A stretch of DNA of 63,953 nt, filler included, from Octopus bimaculoides (GCF_001194135.2; 9 parts of 8 records of this genome joined end to end with filler, not necessarily neighbours in it), one strand, 5' to 3'; positions 1 through 13,833 are shown, counted from the whole stretch's first letter. The notes: a model not told the origin generated them from the sequence alone. Numbers and translations: made by a program.

Positions 1-58
1 TATATATATACTCCAATGTGGCGTTGAGTACTCATTTTCATCGTTTGATATTTAGTTT

Positions 59-90
<32 letters not shown>

Positions 91-1291
91 CATGTATGTA
101 TCCATTTACCAGCATGAACATGTATGTAAATGCGTGCAGATAAACGTGTATATAGTTTATGTGCTTATCTGTGTCCGTGTTTATGTGTGACTGTTTGTGA
201 GTATTTATTTGTGTATGTGTATGTTTGTGTGTGTGTTTGTGTGTGTGTGTGAATATGACAGTTTGTGCGCATAGACGCGTTTAACTACGATAACATTACG
301 TTATATTAAAAACATGACGCCAACACAATTTAGCTTCACCTTCAAATGTATTCAACATTGAAATTGCTTGCCCAGTTAGCTGTCTGATTTGGATAATATA
401 GATAACAAAGATAATTGAAGAGATAAAAATTTGCATATGACCTCTTAAATTACTCATCGAAAATATTCTGTCTTCAAATATTCTGATGCACTAACATACA
501 TACATACTTACATACATAAATACATACATGCATACATACATATGTATATATAGCCACCGTCACCAACACCCCATATATATANNNNNNNNNNNNNNNNNNN
601 NNNNNNNNNNNNNNNNNNNNNNNNNNNNNNNNNNNNNNNNNNNNNNNNNNNNNNNNNNNNNNNNNNNNNNNNNNNNNNNNNNNNNNNNNNNNNNNNNNNN
701 NNNNNNNNNNNNNNNNNNNNNNNNNNNNNNNNNNNNNNNNNNNNNNNNNNNNNNNNNNNNNNNNNNNNNNNNNNNNNNNNNNNNNNNNNNNNNNNNNNNN
801 NNNNNNNNNNNNNNNNNNNNNNNNNNNNNNNNNNNNNNNNNNNNNNNNNNNNNNNNNNNNNNNNNNNNNNNNNNNNNNNNNNNNNNNNNNNNNNNNNNNN
901 NNNNNNNNNNNNNNNNNNNNNNNNNNNNNNNNNNNNNNNNNNNNNNNNNNNNNNNNNNNNNNNNNNNNNNNNNNNNNNNNNNNNNNNNNNNNNNNNNNNN
1001 NNNNNNNNNNNNNNNNNNNNNNNNNNNNNNNNNNNNNNNNNNNNNNNNNNNNNNNNNNNNNNNNNNNNNNNNNNNNNNNNNNNNNNNNNNNNNNNNNNNN
1101 NNNNNNNNNNNNNNNNNNNNNNNNNNNNNNNNNNNNNNNNNNNNNNNNNNNNNNNNNNNNNNNNNNNNNNNNNNNNNNNNNNNNNNNNNNNNNNNNNNNN
1201 NNNNNNNNNNNNNNNNNNNNNNNNNNNNNNNNNNNNNNNNNTATGCGTGTGTGTGTGTGTGTGTGTATATATATATTTATGCATATATATC

Positions 1292-1322
<31 letters not shown>

Positions 1323-1807
1323 ATGTCTGTTATGTGACTGACATTAACGCTAAAACAAAACATACGCCTATAATTAAATTGACCCTGGTTAACAGAGGAA
1401 CTGCAAGAATAGTAAAATCGATAGTGTTCAATGCATAATAAAATACTTGTTTTATAAGGCAACTTGAGAAACTCTTTGTTTTGGCCGTCTGACCAATATA
1501 TATACACACCATTTCTTCCTTAGATATCGTGATATTCTTCATTTGTAATTTCTTTTCTGTTTTCGTATTTTATTGTATGAATTGCAACGAGGTGTAAGTT
1601 ATGAAAAATTATTTTGCTGTTTAGACTTTCATACAAAATATAAAGTTTACTGTGCGGTGTTTTTATTTGTCAAGTTTTAGGTGTGTTTTGTCTTGGATGT
1701 TTTATAATTTACATTTTATGTTTGCTATACATAAACGCATTCATCCTTGTACCGTCTTTTGTATGAATATGTATAAGTGTGTGTGCGTGTATGTGTACAC
1801 ACAAAGG

Positions 1808-1839
<32 letters not shown>

Positions 1840-1947
1840 GGTGTGTGTGTGTATAGATATAGATATACATGTCTATGTGTGAATGTGTACACAAGTATTT
1901 GCTTATGTAAATATGTATATTCATACATACACTCACAAGCACACACG

Positions 1948-1981
<34 letters not shown>

Positions 1982-4900
1982 TATTCATAACTCTGTACTC
2001 ACATACNNNNNNNNNNNNNNNNNNNNNNNNNNNNNNNNNNNNNNNNNNNNNNNNNNNNNNNNNNNNNNNNNNNNNNNNNNNNNNNNNNNNNNNNNNNNNN
2101 NNNNNNNNNNNNNNNNNNNNNNNNNNNNNNNNNNNNNNNNNNNNNNNNNNNNNNNNNNNNNNNNNNNNNNNNNNNNNNNNNNNNNNNNNNNNNNNNNNNN
2201 NNNNNNNNNNNNNNNNNNNNNNNNNNNNNNNNNNNNNNNNNNNNNNNNNNNNNNNNNNNNNNNNNNNNNNNNNNNNNNNNNNNNNNNTATATATATATAT
2301 AGTACAAATATATGTTGCTGGCTTTTGTAGATTTAACTGCTGAACTGGTTTCTTGTGCGAAATGGTATAAGATGAATACAATCGAGCAGTTTTCAGCAAT
2401 CGATTACATTTTCATTGGAGAAATATTTGTTCTGAGTTCAATATGACTCATCGAAATCAACATTTATATTTTACTACCAGAGTTCGATTAAATGATTCCG
2501 GCTCGCTTACATTCTTTGTAATTCCATTTACGTTGAGAATGGCTAGTGAAATTTTGAATCATTCCGTTTACTTTTCTGCTATTATATTTTATGAACAAAA
2601 TGAAGACGAATTTGATCTTGATTGATTTTATATGATTTTACTACACAGAAGAATAATTTCCTCTAATCTTTAATGCTGTTTTGAAATATAATCTTCTGAG
2701 TTAGCAGGTATATATTATATTAGAGGAGAAGGACAACAAAATCAAGGACGATTATCTCAAGTCATTTAGAATATTTAGTTAGCGTAAGGTGAGTCTGAAG
2801 TATTACAATTGTTTCTGGTATACCCAAGTGATAGACTAGCATGTCTGTACACTGGATATTCCGTCATCAGAGTGAGTATGTATGAAAGTTCTAGACATCG
2901 AAATTCACGGTCTATAATGAATAAAATAGTAGGTAGAATTATAAGGAATAAAACAGTAGTTAGAAGAATACAGACAGGAGAGTAAAGGTCACAGCTCACC
3001 TTCTACTACAAGGTATGGAGTTTGTCCGTACTTCCGTGAAGTTATAAGCCCTTAGGTATGATCCTAGGTGAAATCTGGCAGTATTTTGACATTACTTTGA
3101 ATGTTCCGTTCATGTTCAAATAATAGATTAAGTGGTTAACTAGTGTGAAAAAGGTCCACGTGGGCATATAGAGTGAGAAAAATAGACAGCATGATAGAGA
3201 GATATGGTTTATGAGTGAGTGAATAGAAGAGATAGAAAAAAAAGAGTAAAGAAAGAAATTGGATAGGTGTGGGGAAAGAATGAATGAATGAGAGCGAAAG
3301 AAAAATTTAAATCAAAATAAAATCAAAATAAAATCATAAGTAAAAACCCAAATTAAATATATGTATATTTATATATATATATATGTGTGTGTCAGTGTGT
3401 GTCTGTGTGTATGCATATATATCTGTTCGCATGTGTCAGTGTGTGTGTGTGTGTATGCATATATATCTGTTCGCATGTGTGTGTGCGCGCGCGTGCGTAA
3501 TCGTATCCGTGTGAATATGCATGCATATATATGGTTTGCATGCATGAATGTATATATGTAAATATATTTATGTATATATGCTCGTGTGTGTTTTGTGTGT
3601 ATGTATTTGTGTGTGTATGTGTGTGTATGTATGTGTGTGTATGTTTGTGCGTGTGTGTATGTATACCACGCATGAAGGATCGGTGCTAAATGGGGGTCGA
3701 AGCATTTGTAGTGATTAATAATCATTCCCGTATTTTCCATCTTCCGTCACTCTGTCTCATTAATCAAACGCCTAATGAACACTGAGTGTGAACGTGCTCT
3801 ACCGGTAAGCTATCAGGTGTATACCATACCATTTATTATCTAATATACACACCCACCCGCACACACACATACACACACAGATATATACATTTATGTATGT
3901 ATGTACATATATGCTATGCATATCTCTCTATCCATATATATATATATCTGATATAATAAACGCGAAAACTAATTTCTGCGTGTCAGTGTGTCACACTTTG
4001 ACCCCGCTTTCTCAATGGTCATTGACACTTCCTCGTGCTGGGGTGAGAGTAACAGTAGGCATAGAGACGGTGAGGTTGTTGGTGAAGACAGAGTGAGATA
4101 GAGAAAGAGAGTGTGGTTAGTAAAAGAAAGACAAAGAAATGTCGAGGCAATTTATGATCTTTTATTAAAGGTAGTAGAGTTAATGTGGAAATGGGAATAA
4201 TAATATAAGAGAGAGAAAGAGTGGGTATTCGAGACATAAAAGGAGATGACGTACAACTTTCTTGGACAGAAATTCCTGTGGTCAACATACAGAACCAACT
4301 ACTGGACACTATCCTTTTGTTTTATTTTGCTTCCTTTAATACATATGCACACGCACACGCACACAGACATATGTATGATACACTTTAATTGAAATGCACT
4401 TTGCCTCAAATTAAACATATCTTATATAATAAATGTGAATGTCAATGTGTGTGTCACACTTTTCCAGCTTCACTCCTAGAGGCCGTAGTCCAACATATGA
4501 TACCGTTTTGGAATCAGGATGACTGTGTGAGAAAATTAAAAATATTCCGAGCCGAATTCGGACCTTCAATCTTGGATTCCTACGTTTTCATTACTGCAAT
4601 TGTTTCCGGCGATATTTTTTACACGATTTTTAGCGACGTATGATAACCATTGGGATATGACACTGGAGGAAGCAATTCCAACAAATTCTCCAAAACAAGT
4701 CAGAGATATGTTTGCAGATCTTCCTATTTGATTAATAGCTACAAAACCGCCCTATGGGGCAGTTTTTAAGCTAATATGCATATATATATGCATATATATA
4801 TATATATATANNNNNNNNNNNNNNNNNNNNNNNNNNNNNNNNNNNNNNNNNNNNNNNNNNNNNNNNNNNNNNNNNNNNNNNNNNNNNNNNNNNNNNNNNN

Positions 4901-6388
4901 NNNNNNNNNNNNNNNNNNNNNNNNNNNNNNNNNNNNNNNNNNNNNNNNNNNNNNNNNNNNNNNNNNNNNNNNNNNNNNNNNNNNNNNNNNNNNNNNNNNN
5001 NNNNNNNNNNNNNNNNNNNNNNNNNNNNNNNNNNNNNNNNNNNNNNNNNNNNNNNNNNNNNNNNNNNNNNNNNNNNNNNNNNNNNNNNNNNNNNNNNNNN
5101 NNNNNNNNNNNNNNNNNNNNNNNNNNNNNNNNNNNNNNNNNNNNNNNNNNNNNNNNNNNNTATATATATATATATATATATATATATGCATCTATATATG
5201 TAAAATTATTTCCGGTCCTGATGTCTTTTTTTACATAGGTAGTTCACCGTCTCAGTGGTTGAAAAGAATATCTAACTATTACTCTAAATTTAGACTTATC
5301 AATAAACCCAACAATACTGGGCTTAGTAAATTAATTTTGTGTCTAAAGTAACATGATATACAATTTTTATTTGGAATGGCATATTGTATTTAGACCCTTC
5401 CCATATGATAAAGGTAAATCTCTTTGTCCACTCTGTAATGAAAAGCAATTTCCCATCCTTTTCTCGGAGAATTCTCTTGTATATATGTTTAGTGAATGCA
5501 TTTAGCGTTGCAAATCATTGGCAAAACATACCTTAATTTCATATAAGTAATTTCTACCAATCTATAAAATTCGACCTTTAGCCGTCTCCTTGCATTTCAT
5601 ATCCACTACATGTACTTACTTCCATGCTTTTAAGCTTTATTCCTATTCATCTATCACACTATATTTCTCCACTCTTGATTTTCTGTCAATTTGTTTCGTT
5701 TTCTTCCTATTTCTCTAAATTGCCTGTGACGTTAAATCTATTAGCGGTTTTTTAAAACATAACTTGCCAGCGTCCCCCTTCAATCATATACGCGGTAATC
5801 TCATTCAGTTTTATATATATATACAATGGTATAAAATACAATTATAATTGATAGCAAAGAGATTCCTATGCCTATATGCTGTAGATAGACGCCAAGACTA
5901 TCTTACCACGTCACAATATCACTTTATAATTCACAGGTGTTGAAAGCGAGAAAGCGGGCGTTTAGAAATTCATAAATAAATCGGATAGTTTAAGATTGAT
6001 TAATTTCTTGTCAACTTAAATTAATAACTTTTCCCTCATCAGCTAAACATACTGAGCAAAATAAATGAAATATTTATACATACACGCAGAAAACATGCGA
6101 AGCTTCAGGTACGCATAGATACCACAAATACATACGCGTCGAATTCAGCACACCACCTCAACGCGTGGAAAAGTTATTCATTTAACTAGAACAGAAATTG
6201 ATCGATCCGAAACTACCTGATTTATTTATGAATCTTTGTATGCCCGCTTCCTCGCTTTCAACACATGTGAATTATAACGTGATATTATGAAGTGGTTAGA
6301 CGGACTTAGAGACTATCTTCAGCATATAGGCATGGAAATCTGTGTCCTTAATTATAATCGGATTTAATACTATTATATATATGTGTGT

Positions 6389-6427
<39 letters not shown>

Positions 6428-6747
6428 TGTGTGTGTGTATGCATGTGTGTGCATGTGTGTGTGCATTTCTCGACATTTTGAATACAACTATCCTAATACA
6501 CGTTTAAAAATTAATCTTTGAAGAAGAAAGTATTATTTTCCAGGATAGGTCTCACTGATTCTAGTATAAATGTCACCGTGTACCTGTTGGGAATTGCTTC
6601 TCTGTGTTTGTCTACCCAGTATTCAACCGCCTTTATTCCTAAATCATGTGGGATATTTGTGTATAGGCTTACTACATCAAAGCTCAGTAGGATTGAATTT
6701 GTTTCAGTGGTTTTGGGAAGATGGGATAAAATGTCGATGTCATCCCG

Positions 6748-6847
6748 NNNNNNNNNNNNNNNNNNNNNNNNNNNNNNNNNNNNNNNNNNNNTTAATTAAT
6801 TAANNNNNNNNNNNNNNNNNNNNNNNNNNNNNNNNNNNNNNNNNNNN
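6748..6847. other. Artificial 100-bp join spacer (44N-TTAATTAATTAA-44N). Others at 9785-9884, 23104-23203, 27022-27121, 30090-30189, 52283-52382, 60790-60889, 62700-62799
   Basis: Identical geometry eight times; the palindromic 12-mer gives a stop codon in all six frames. Confidence 0.97.
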
Positions 6848-9784
6848 CGTACATCCGTTCGTTAGGCATCCCTCTGCACCGTTCGAGAGGAATTCGATCG
6901 TACATGCGTCCGTTCGGCCTCCATCTGCACCGTTCGAGAGGAATTCGATCGTACCTGCGTCTGTTCGGCCTCCCTAGGCACCGTTCGAGCGAAATTCGGA
7001 CGTACGTGCGTTCGTTCCGCCTCCCTCTGCACCGATCGACTTGAATTCGAACGTACGCGCGTCCGTTCGGCCTCCCTAGGCACCGTTCGAGCGGNNNNNN
7101 NNNNNNNNNNNNNNNNNNNNNNNNNNNNNNNNNNNNNNNNNNNNNNNNNNNNNNNNNNNNNNNNNNNNNNNNNNNNNNNNNNNNNNNNNNNNNNNNNNNN
7201 NNNNNNNNNNNNNNNNNNNNNNNNNNNNNNNNNNNNNNNNNNNNNNNNNNNNNNNNNNNNNNNNNNNNNNNNNNNNNNNNNNNNNNNNNNNNNNNNNNNN
7301 NNNNNNNNNNNNNNNNNNNNNNNNNNNNNNNNNNNNNNNNNNNNNNNNNNNNNNNNNNNNNNNNNNNNNNNNNNNNNNNNNNNNNNNNNNNNNNNNNNNN
7401 NNNNNNNNNNNNNNNNNNNNNNNNNNNNNNNNNNNNNNNNNNNNNNNNNNNNNNNNNNNNNNNNNNNNNNNNNNNNNNNNNNNNNNNNNNNNNNNNNNNN
7501 NNNNNNNNNNNNNNNNNNNNNNNNNNNNNNNNNNNNNNNNNNNNNNNNNNNNNNNNNNNNNNNNNNNNNNNNNNNNNNNNNNNNNNNNNNNNNNNNNNNN
7601 NNNNNNNNNNNNNNNNNNNNNNNNNNNNNNNNNNNNNNNNNNNNNNNNNNNNNNNNNNNNNNNNNNNNNNNNNNNNNNNNNNNNNNNNNNNNNNNNNNNN
7701 NNNNNNNNNNNNNNNNNNNNNNNNNNNNNNNNNNNNNNNNNNNNNNNNNNNNNNNNNNNNNNNNNNNNNNNNNNNNNNNNNNNNNNNNNNNNNNNNNNNN
7801 NNNNNNNNNNNNNNNNNNNNNNNNNNNNNNNNNNNNNNNNNNNNNNNNNNNNNNNNNNNNNNNNNNNNNNNNNNNNNNNNNNNNNNNNNNNNNNNNNNNN
7901 NNNNNNNNNNNNNNNNNNNNNNNNNNNNNNNNNNNNNNNNNNNNNNNNNNNNNNNNNNNNNNNNNNNNNNNNNNNNNNNNNNNNNNNNNNNNNNNNNNNN
8001 NNNNNNNNNNNNNNNNNNNNNNNNNNNNNNNNNNNNNNNNNNNNNNNNNNNNNNNNNNNNNNNNNNTGTTCGGCCTCCCTAGGCACCGTTCGAGCGAAAT
8101 TCGGACGTACGTGCGTTCGTTCCGCCTCCCTCTGCACCGATCGACTTGAATTCGAACGTACGTGCGTCCGTTGGGCCTCTCTCTGGACCGTTCGAGCGGT
8201 ATTCGAACGTACGTGCGTTTGTTCGGCATCCCTCTGCACCGTTCAACCGAAATACGAACGTTCGTGATTCCGTTCACCCTCCCGCCGCACCGTTCGAGCG
8301 AATTTCCGACGTACGTGCGTCCGTTCGGCCTCCCTCTGCACCGATCGACTTGAATTCGAACGTACGTGCGTCGTTTCGGCCTCTCTCTGCACCGTTCGAG
8401 CGGTATTCGAACGTACGTGCGTACGATCGGCCTACCTCTGCACCGTTTAACAGAAATACGAACGTTCGTGATTCCGTTCGGCCTCCCTCTGCACCGTTCG
8501 AGCGAAATTCGGACGAACGTGCNNNNNNNNNNTACGAACGTTCGTGATTCCGTTCGGCCTCCCTCTGCACCGTTCGAGCGAAATTCGGACGAACGTGCGT
8601 CCGTTCGGCTTCCCTCAGCACCGATCGAGTGGAATTCGAACGTACGTGCGTCCCGTGGGCCTCCCTAGGCACCGTTCGAGAGGTATTCGAACGTACCTGC
8701 ATCCGTTCGGCCTCCTTCTGCACTGATCGACTTGAATTCGAACGTACGTGCGTCCGTTGGGCCTCTCTTTGTATTCGAACGTACGTGCATCCGTTTGACC
8801 TCCCTCTGCACCGTTCAACCGAAATACGAACGTTCGTGATTCCGTTCGCCCTCCCTCTGCACCGTTCGAGCGAAATTCGGACGTACGTGCGTCCGTTCGG
8901 CCTCCCTCTGCAGCGATCGATTTGAATTCGAACGTACGTGCGTCCGTTCGTCCTCTCTCTGCACCGTTCGAGCGGTATTCGAACGTACGTGCGTACGATC
9001 GGCCTCCCTCTGCACCGTTTAACAGAAATACGAACGTTCATGATCCCGTTCGGCCTCCCTTTGCACCGTTCGAGCGAAATTCGGACGAACGTGCGTCCGT
9101 TCGGCCTCCCTCTGCACCGATCGAGTGGAATTCGAACGTACGTGCGTCCCGTGGGCCTCCCTAGGCACCGTTCGAGCGGAATTCGAAGGTACATCCGTTC
9201 GTTCGGCATCCCTTTGCACCGCTCGAGCGAAATTCGGACGTACGTGCCTCCGTTCGGCCTTCCTCTGCACCGATCGAGTGGAATTCGAACGTACCTGCGT
9301 CCGTTCGGCCTCCCTCTGCACCGATCGAGAGGTATTCGAACGTACCTGCATCCGTTCGGCCTCCTTCTGCACTAATCGACTTGAATTCGAACGTACGTTC
9401 GTCCGTTGGGCCTCTCTCTGTATTCGAACGTACGTACATCCGTTCGTTATACATCCCTCTGCACCGTTTGAGCGAAATTCGGACGTACGTGCGTCTGTTC
9501 GGCCTCCCTCTGCACCGTTCAACTGAAATACGAACGTTCGTGATTCCGTTCGGCCTCCCTCTGCACCGTTCGAGTGGAATTCGAACGTACCGGCGTCCGT
9601 TCGGCCTCCCTCTGCACCGTTCGAGCGGAATTCGAGCGTACATCCGTTCGTTAGGCATCTCTCTGCACCGTTCGAGAGGAATTCGAACGTACGTGCGTCC
9701 GTTCGGCCTCCATCTGCACCGATCGACATGAATTCGAACGTTCGTGATTCCGTTCGGCCTCCCGCAGCACCGTTCGAGCGAAAT
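6848..9784. repeat. CpG-rich 51-bp tandem satellite (N gap 7095-8066)
   Basis: Monomers start at 8071, 8122, 8173, 8224, 8275, 8326, 8377, 8428 and 8479 (exact 51-bp period). Consensus approx. CGGCCTCCCTCTGCACCGTTCGAGCGGAATTCGAACGTACGTGCGTCCGTT. It fills a whole assembly piece. Confidence 0.97.
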
Positions 9785-10309
9785 NNNNNNNNNNNNNNNN
9801 NNNNNNNNNNNNNNNNNNNNNNNNNNNNTTAATTAATTAANNNNNNNNNNNNNNNNNNNNNNNNNNNNNNNNNNNNNNNNNNNNTTAATAAAAAAGTACA
9901 TATAATCATATTTATTAGGTGTGTGTGTGTGTGTGCGTGTGTGTGTGTGTGTGTGTGTTTGTGTGTCTGTGTTTATCCCTCCACTATAGAACTCAAAATA
10001 TGAGTATATGTACTTTTTTATTAAGTGCTAACACACGGAACTTGACTCACTCTGTTGCTTCTGCTAGATATTATCTTCTGTCACTCAGAATCGACTCTGT
10101 ATTTTCACCAGAAGGGTCCTTTAGGGCTAGGTATGGATTAAATGATCTTTTTGAAAAATGTAACAAGACGGAAGAAATACCACCATGCGTTTTGTTCAAT
10201 AAATCTAACGATTCCGGTAATCTTCCGTCTCAGACCTTCGCCCGAAACCAGTTATATTTTATTGGATCAACCCAGAAGGACCAACGTTATAAACCTACTA
10301 CATATGTGT

Positions 10310-10730
10310 AAGCCTAGCTGCGTGATTGAAAGTTTGTTTTCTAACCACGTGGTTCCGGGTTCAGTCCAGCTGCGTGGCACCTAGCGCAAGTGTCTTCTAC
10401 TACAGTCTCAGGCCGACCTAAGACTTGTGAGCGGATTAGTTAGAGAGAAACTGAATGAAGCCCATTTCATATGCATGTGTGTGTGTGTGTGTGTGCGCAC
10501 GCACGCGCGCCCGTATGTCCGTGTGCTCTGTGTTTGTCCCCCACCACCGCTTAACAACCGTTGTTAGTGTGTTTACAAACCCCGTAACCTAACGGTTTGT
10601 CTGAGCAGACGACAGAATATGTACCAGGTTTAAAAAATTAAGTATTGGGTTCGATTCCTTCGATTAAATTTCTTCGAGGTGGTGTCCCAGCATGGCCACA
10701 ATAAAATGACTGAAACAAGTAAAAGATAAC
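10310..10730 (+). mobile_element. Family 1 SINE, older diverged copy
   Basis: GGTTCCGGGTTCAGTCC..GCAAGTGTCTTCTACTA head, (TG)n, tail module ending TGACTGAAACAAGTAAAAG. Confidence 0.85.
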
Positions 10731-10749
10731 AATGATAGTAATTTTTTAT

Positions 10750-10935
10750 CTACTTTTACATCGTTTTGTTTCAATCATTAGACTGCGGCCATACTGGGGC
10801 ATCTCCTTGAAGAATTTCAGTCGAATGAATAGAACCTCAGTACTTAATTTCTTAAAGCCTGGTATTTATTCTATCAGTCTTTTTACCGAACCAATAAATT
10901 AATGGGGTGCAAGCACACGAGAACCGGTTTTGGGG
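10750..10935 (-). mobile_element. Family 1 SINE tail module, inverted relative to the neighbouring copy
   Basis: Reverse complement contains CCCCAGTATGGCCGCAGTCTAATGATTGAAAC and GATAGAATAAATACCAGGCTT. Confidence 0.8.
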
Positions 10936-11591
10936 NNNNNNNNNNNNNNNNNNNNNNNNNNNNNNNNNNNNNNNNNNNNNNNNNNNNNNNNNNNNNNNNN
11001 NNNNNNNNNNNNNNNNNNNNNNNNNNNNNNNNNNNNNNNNNNNNNNNNNNNNNNNNNNNNNNNNNNNNNNNNNNNNNNNNNNNNNNNNNNNNNNNNNNNN
11101 NNNNNNNNNNNNNNNNNNNNNNNNNNNNNNNNNNNNNNNNNNNNNNNNNNNNNNNNNNNNNNNNNNNNNNNNNNNNNNNNNNNNNNNNNNNNNNNNNNNN
11201 NNNNNNNNNNNNNNNNNNNNNNNNNNNNNNNNNNNNNNNNNNNNNNNNNNNNNNNNNNNNNNNNNNNNNNNNNNNNNNNNNNNNNNNNNNNNNNNNNNNN
11301 NNNNNNNNNNNNNNNNNNNNNNNNNNNNNNNNNNNNNNNNNNNNNNNNNNNNNNNNNNNNNNNNNNNNNNNNNNNNNNNNNNNNNNNNNNNNNNNNNNNN
11401 NNNNNNNNNNNNNNNNNNNNNNNNNNNNNNNNNNNNNNNNNNNNNNNNNNNNNNNNNNNNNNNNNNNNNNNNNNNNNNNNNNNNNNNNNNNNNNNNNNNN
11501 NNNNNNNNNNNNNNNNNNNNNNNNNNNNNNNNNNNNNNNNNNNNNNNNNNNNNNNNNNNNNNNNNNNNNNNNNNNNNNNNNNNNNNNNNNN

Positions 11592-11647
<56 letters not shown>

Positions 11648-11673
11648 GTATATATATATATATATGTGTGTGT

Positions 11674-11724
<51 letters not shown>

Positions 11725-13066
11725 CATATGTGCATGTATGTATATATGATATGATATATATATATAGATTATAGATACATACGTACATACATACATATGT
11801 CGCATTTTGTGTGTGTGTGTGTGTGTGTATGCGTGCATCTATGTGTGTATGAATACGCGTGTCCTCAGTGTCACACGCGCCCACGTGTTCACGTAATAAA
11901 ATGTATTAATATAATCATGCCCAGAAAGAAGCGTAAAATGTGATTGGAACCTAACACTTTCGACACTAAGTATTCCACTTGTTTAATCAACTATACATTT
12001 AATCATACACTAGCACATAAGTGGCTGCGTATTCCTCAGATACGAGTACCTTTAACATAACTGGCTGGCAGAACCAACGTGACACATTATGTAAGAAAAG
12101 TTATGTAATAGTTTCCAACACTCATTTTCTTTCTGAATGTTTATGTCGACTTGTGGCCATTGCCCACATCACGCATACACACATTAACATATATATGCAT
12201 GAATGCGTACGTACATACATACGTACATACATGCATACATATCTGGACTCATAAAAGCTTTCGGCTTTCAGACCCATCGTGTGATTTGCAAGTTTACAGA
12301 GATGAAGTTTATTTTTCTGGTGTGTGTAAACACACATACATACACACATGTACATACATGATATATGATATACAAATAATTGCATACGTCAGATACACAT
12401 ATCATACATACATTCCAACACACACGCACACACATGCACGCGCGCGTGTGTGTATACATATATAATATGTATGTGTAATACATGCTCTCATGTATAATGT
12501 ATAAACATGCAGAAGTTAGCTTCAGTGTAAATAGCCATGAAATAATTATATTTGTATTTTGATATGGTGTCGTATCGAGTATAAAGATATATTTTGGTCT
12601 TTGTATATACGTGACTGTATCCAGGTGTGTGTTGACTGTATACCGTGTTGTGTCAGTTTTGAAGTAGTATATTTGTGTTCGTGTGTTGTTGTTTATTCCC
12701 TGGATGAGCAGACGAATGATCAAAGACATTTCCAGCGTATTGCAGCACTATAGTATTCAGTGTGTTTAATTTGAGGGTGATTTAATTGCTATTTCTAGCA
12801 TATAGAAATCACATACGTATATTGTGTGTGTATAATAGGGTATGAATATGTAGATATATGAAGAGGGATATGTGTCGTTACAAAATTGTCGGCAAATTCG
12901 CTGGTATGGCTATGGTGTATGAAAAAGTATTCACAAAGCAACACGTTTGTTTATGTTGTCAGAAGAAAATAAACAAACTCATTTTACTTTAGTCACGCTG
13001 GTCAGTACATCCAAACATAACTAATTACATGTTTACATAAGAAACACTAATATAGCATTAACCTAC

Positions 13067-13310
13067 CAAATACTAGTCGTGTCTTCCTGTCCTCCTCCAC
13101 CTATCGCTAGACTGTGCCGTAGATCAGTAGATTCCGTCGTCACAAATTCCAAAACGTTGGCTTTCACTCCGGTTCCACTTGCGATGGTATTAGTTCCGAG
13201 AATATCAATAATCTCATTAGCAGTGATGCCATCACTGCTGCCCAAACCGTCACCTGGCAGACTCTTGACTTCAGCCACACTGTTTATTTTGATTAGACTC
13301 AAACAAGAGA
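13067..13310 (-). CDS. Candidate internal exon of an unidentified gene
   Basis: Stop-free, non-repetitive 244-bp stretch between gttatttcag| and |gtaggt on the minus strand: SCLSLIKINSVAEVKSLPGDGLGSSDGITANEIIDILGTNTIASGTGVKANVLEFVTTESTDLRHSLAIGGGGQEDTTSI. No family recognised. Confidence 0.35.
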
Positions 13311-13797
13311 CTGAAATAACGTTCACAAACTATTATTTTAAGATTCCTTGATATATGAATATGTTTCCGTGTGTCTTACCTCATTTTTCTTTCGCTGTTT
13401 TCAGGGTAAATGCATGCACATTCACATCTACATGCATACAGACCTACGCTCACACATTCATACATATATACAAACATTTACATACGTATATATGTATATA
13501 TATATATATATATATATANNNNNNNNNNNNNNNNNNNNNNNNNNNNNNNNNNNNNNNNNNNNNNNNNNNNNNNNNNNNNNNNNNNNNNNNNNNNNNNNNN
13601 NNNNNNNNNNNNNNNNNNNNNNNNNNNNNNNNNNNNNNNNNNNNNNNNNNNNNNNNNNNNNNNNNNNNNNNNNNNNNNNNNNNNNNNNNNNNNNNNNNNN
13701 NNNNNNNNNNNNNNNNNNNNNNNNNNNNNNNNNNNNNNNNNNNNNNNNNNNNNNNNNNNNNNNNNNNNNNNNNNNNNNNNNNNNNNNNNNNNNNNNN

Positions 13798-13833
<36 letters not shown>

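Noticed and set aside
2700-3060. Small exons in the first piece (several GTGAGT donors; hydrophobic minus ORF 2775-2999)
   Set aside because: I could not build a frame-consistent exon chain or recognise any protein motif.
6792-6803. TTAATTAATTAA as a recurrent biological motif (homeodomain site, piggyBac TTAA)
   Set aside because: It is always centred in exactly 44 N each side; an assembly spacer.
8146-9731. 17-aa repeat protein encoded by the satellite
   Set aside because: Many frames on both strands are open, as expected for a GC-rich 51-bp unit. There is no codon-position bias, splice site or unique domain to single out one frame.
6848-9784. CRISPR-like array (palindromic repeat with variable segment)
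   Set aside because: The variable part is only 7 nt and recurs periodically; there are no unique spacers or cas genes, and the context is eukaryotic. It is a satellite.
13075-13110. GGGGQEDT as a GTPase G3 motif (DTAGQED) belonging to the RERG-like gene
   Set aside because: Opposite strand, different assembly piece, and the invariant Asp of DxxG is missing.
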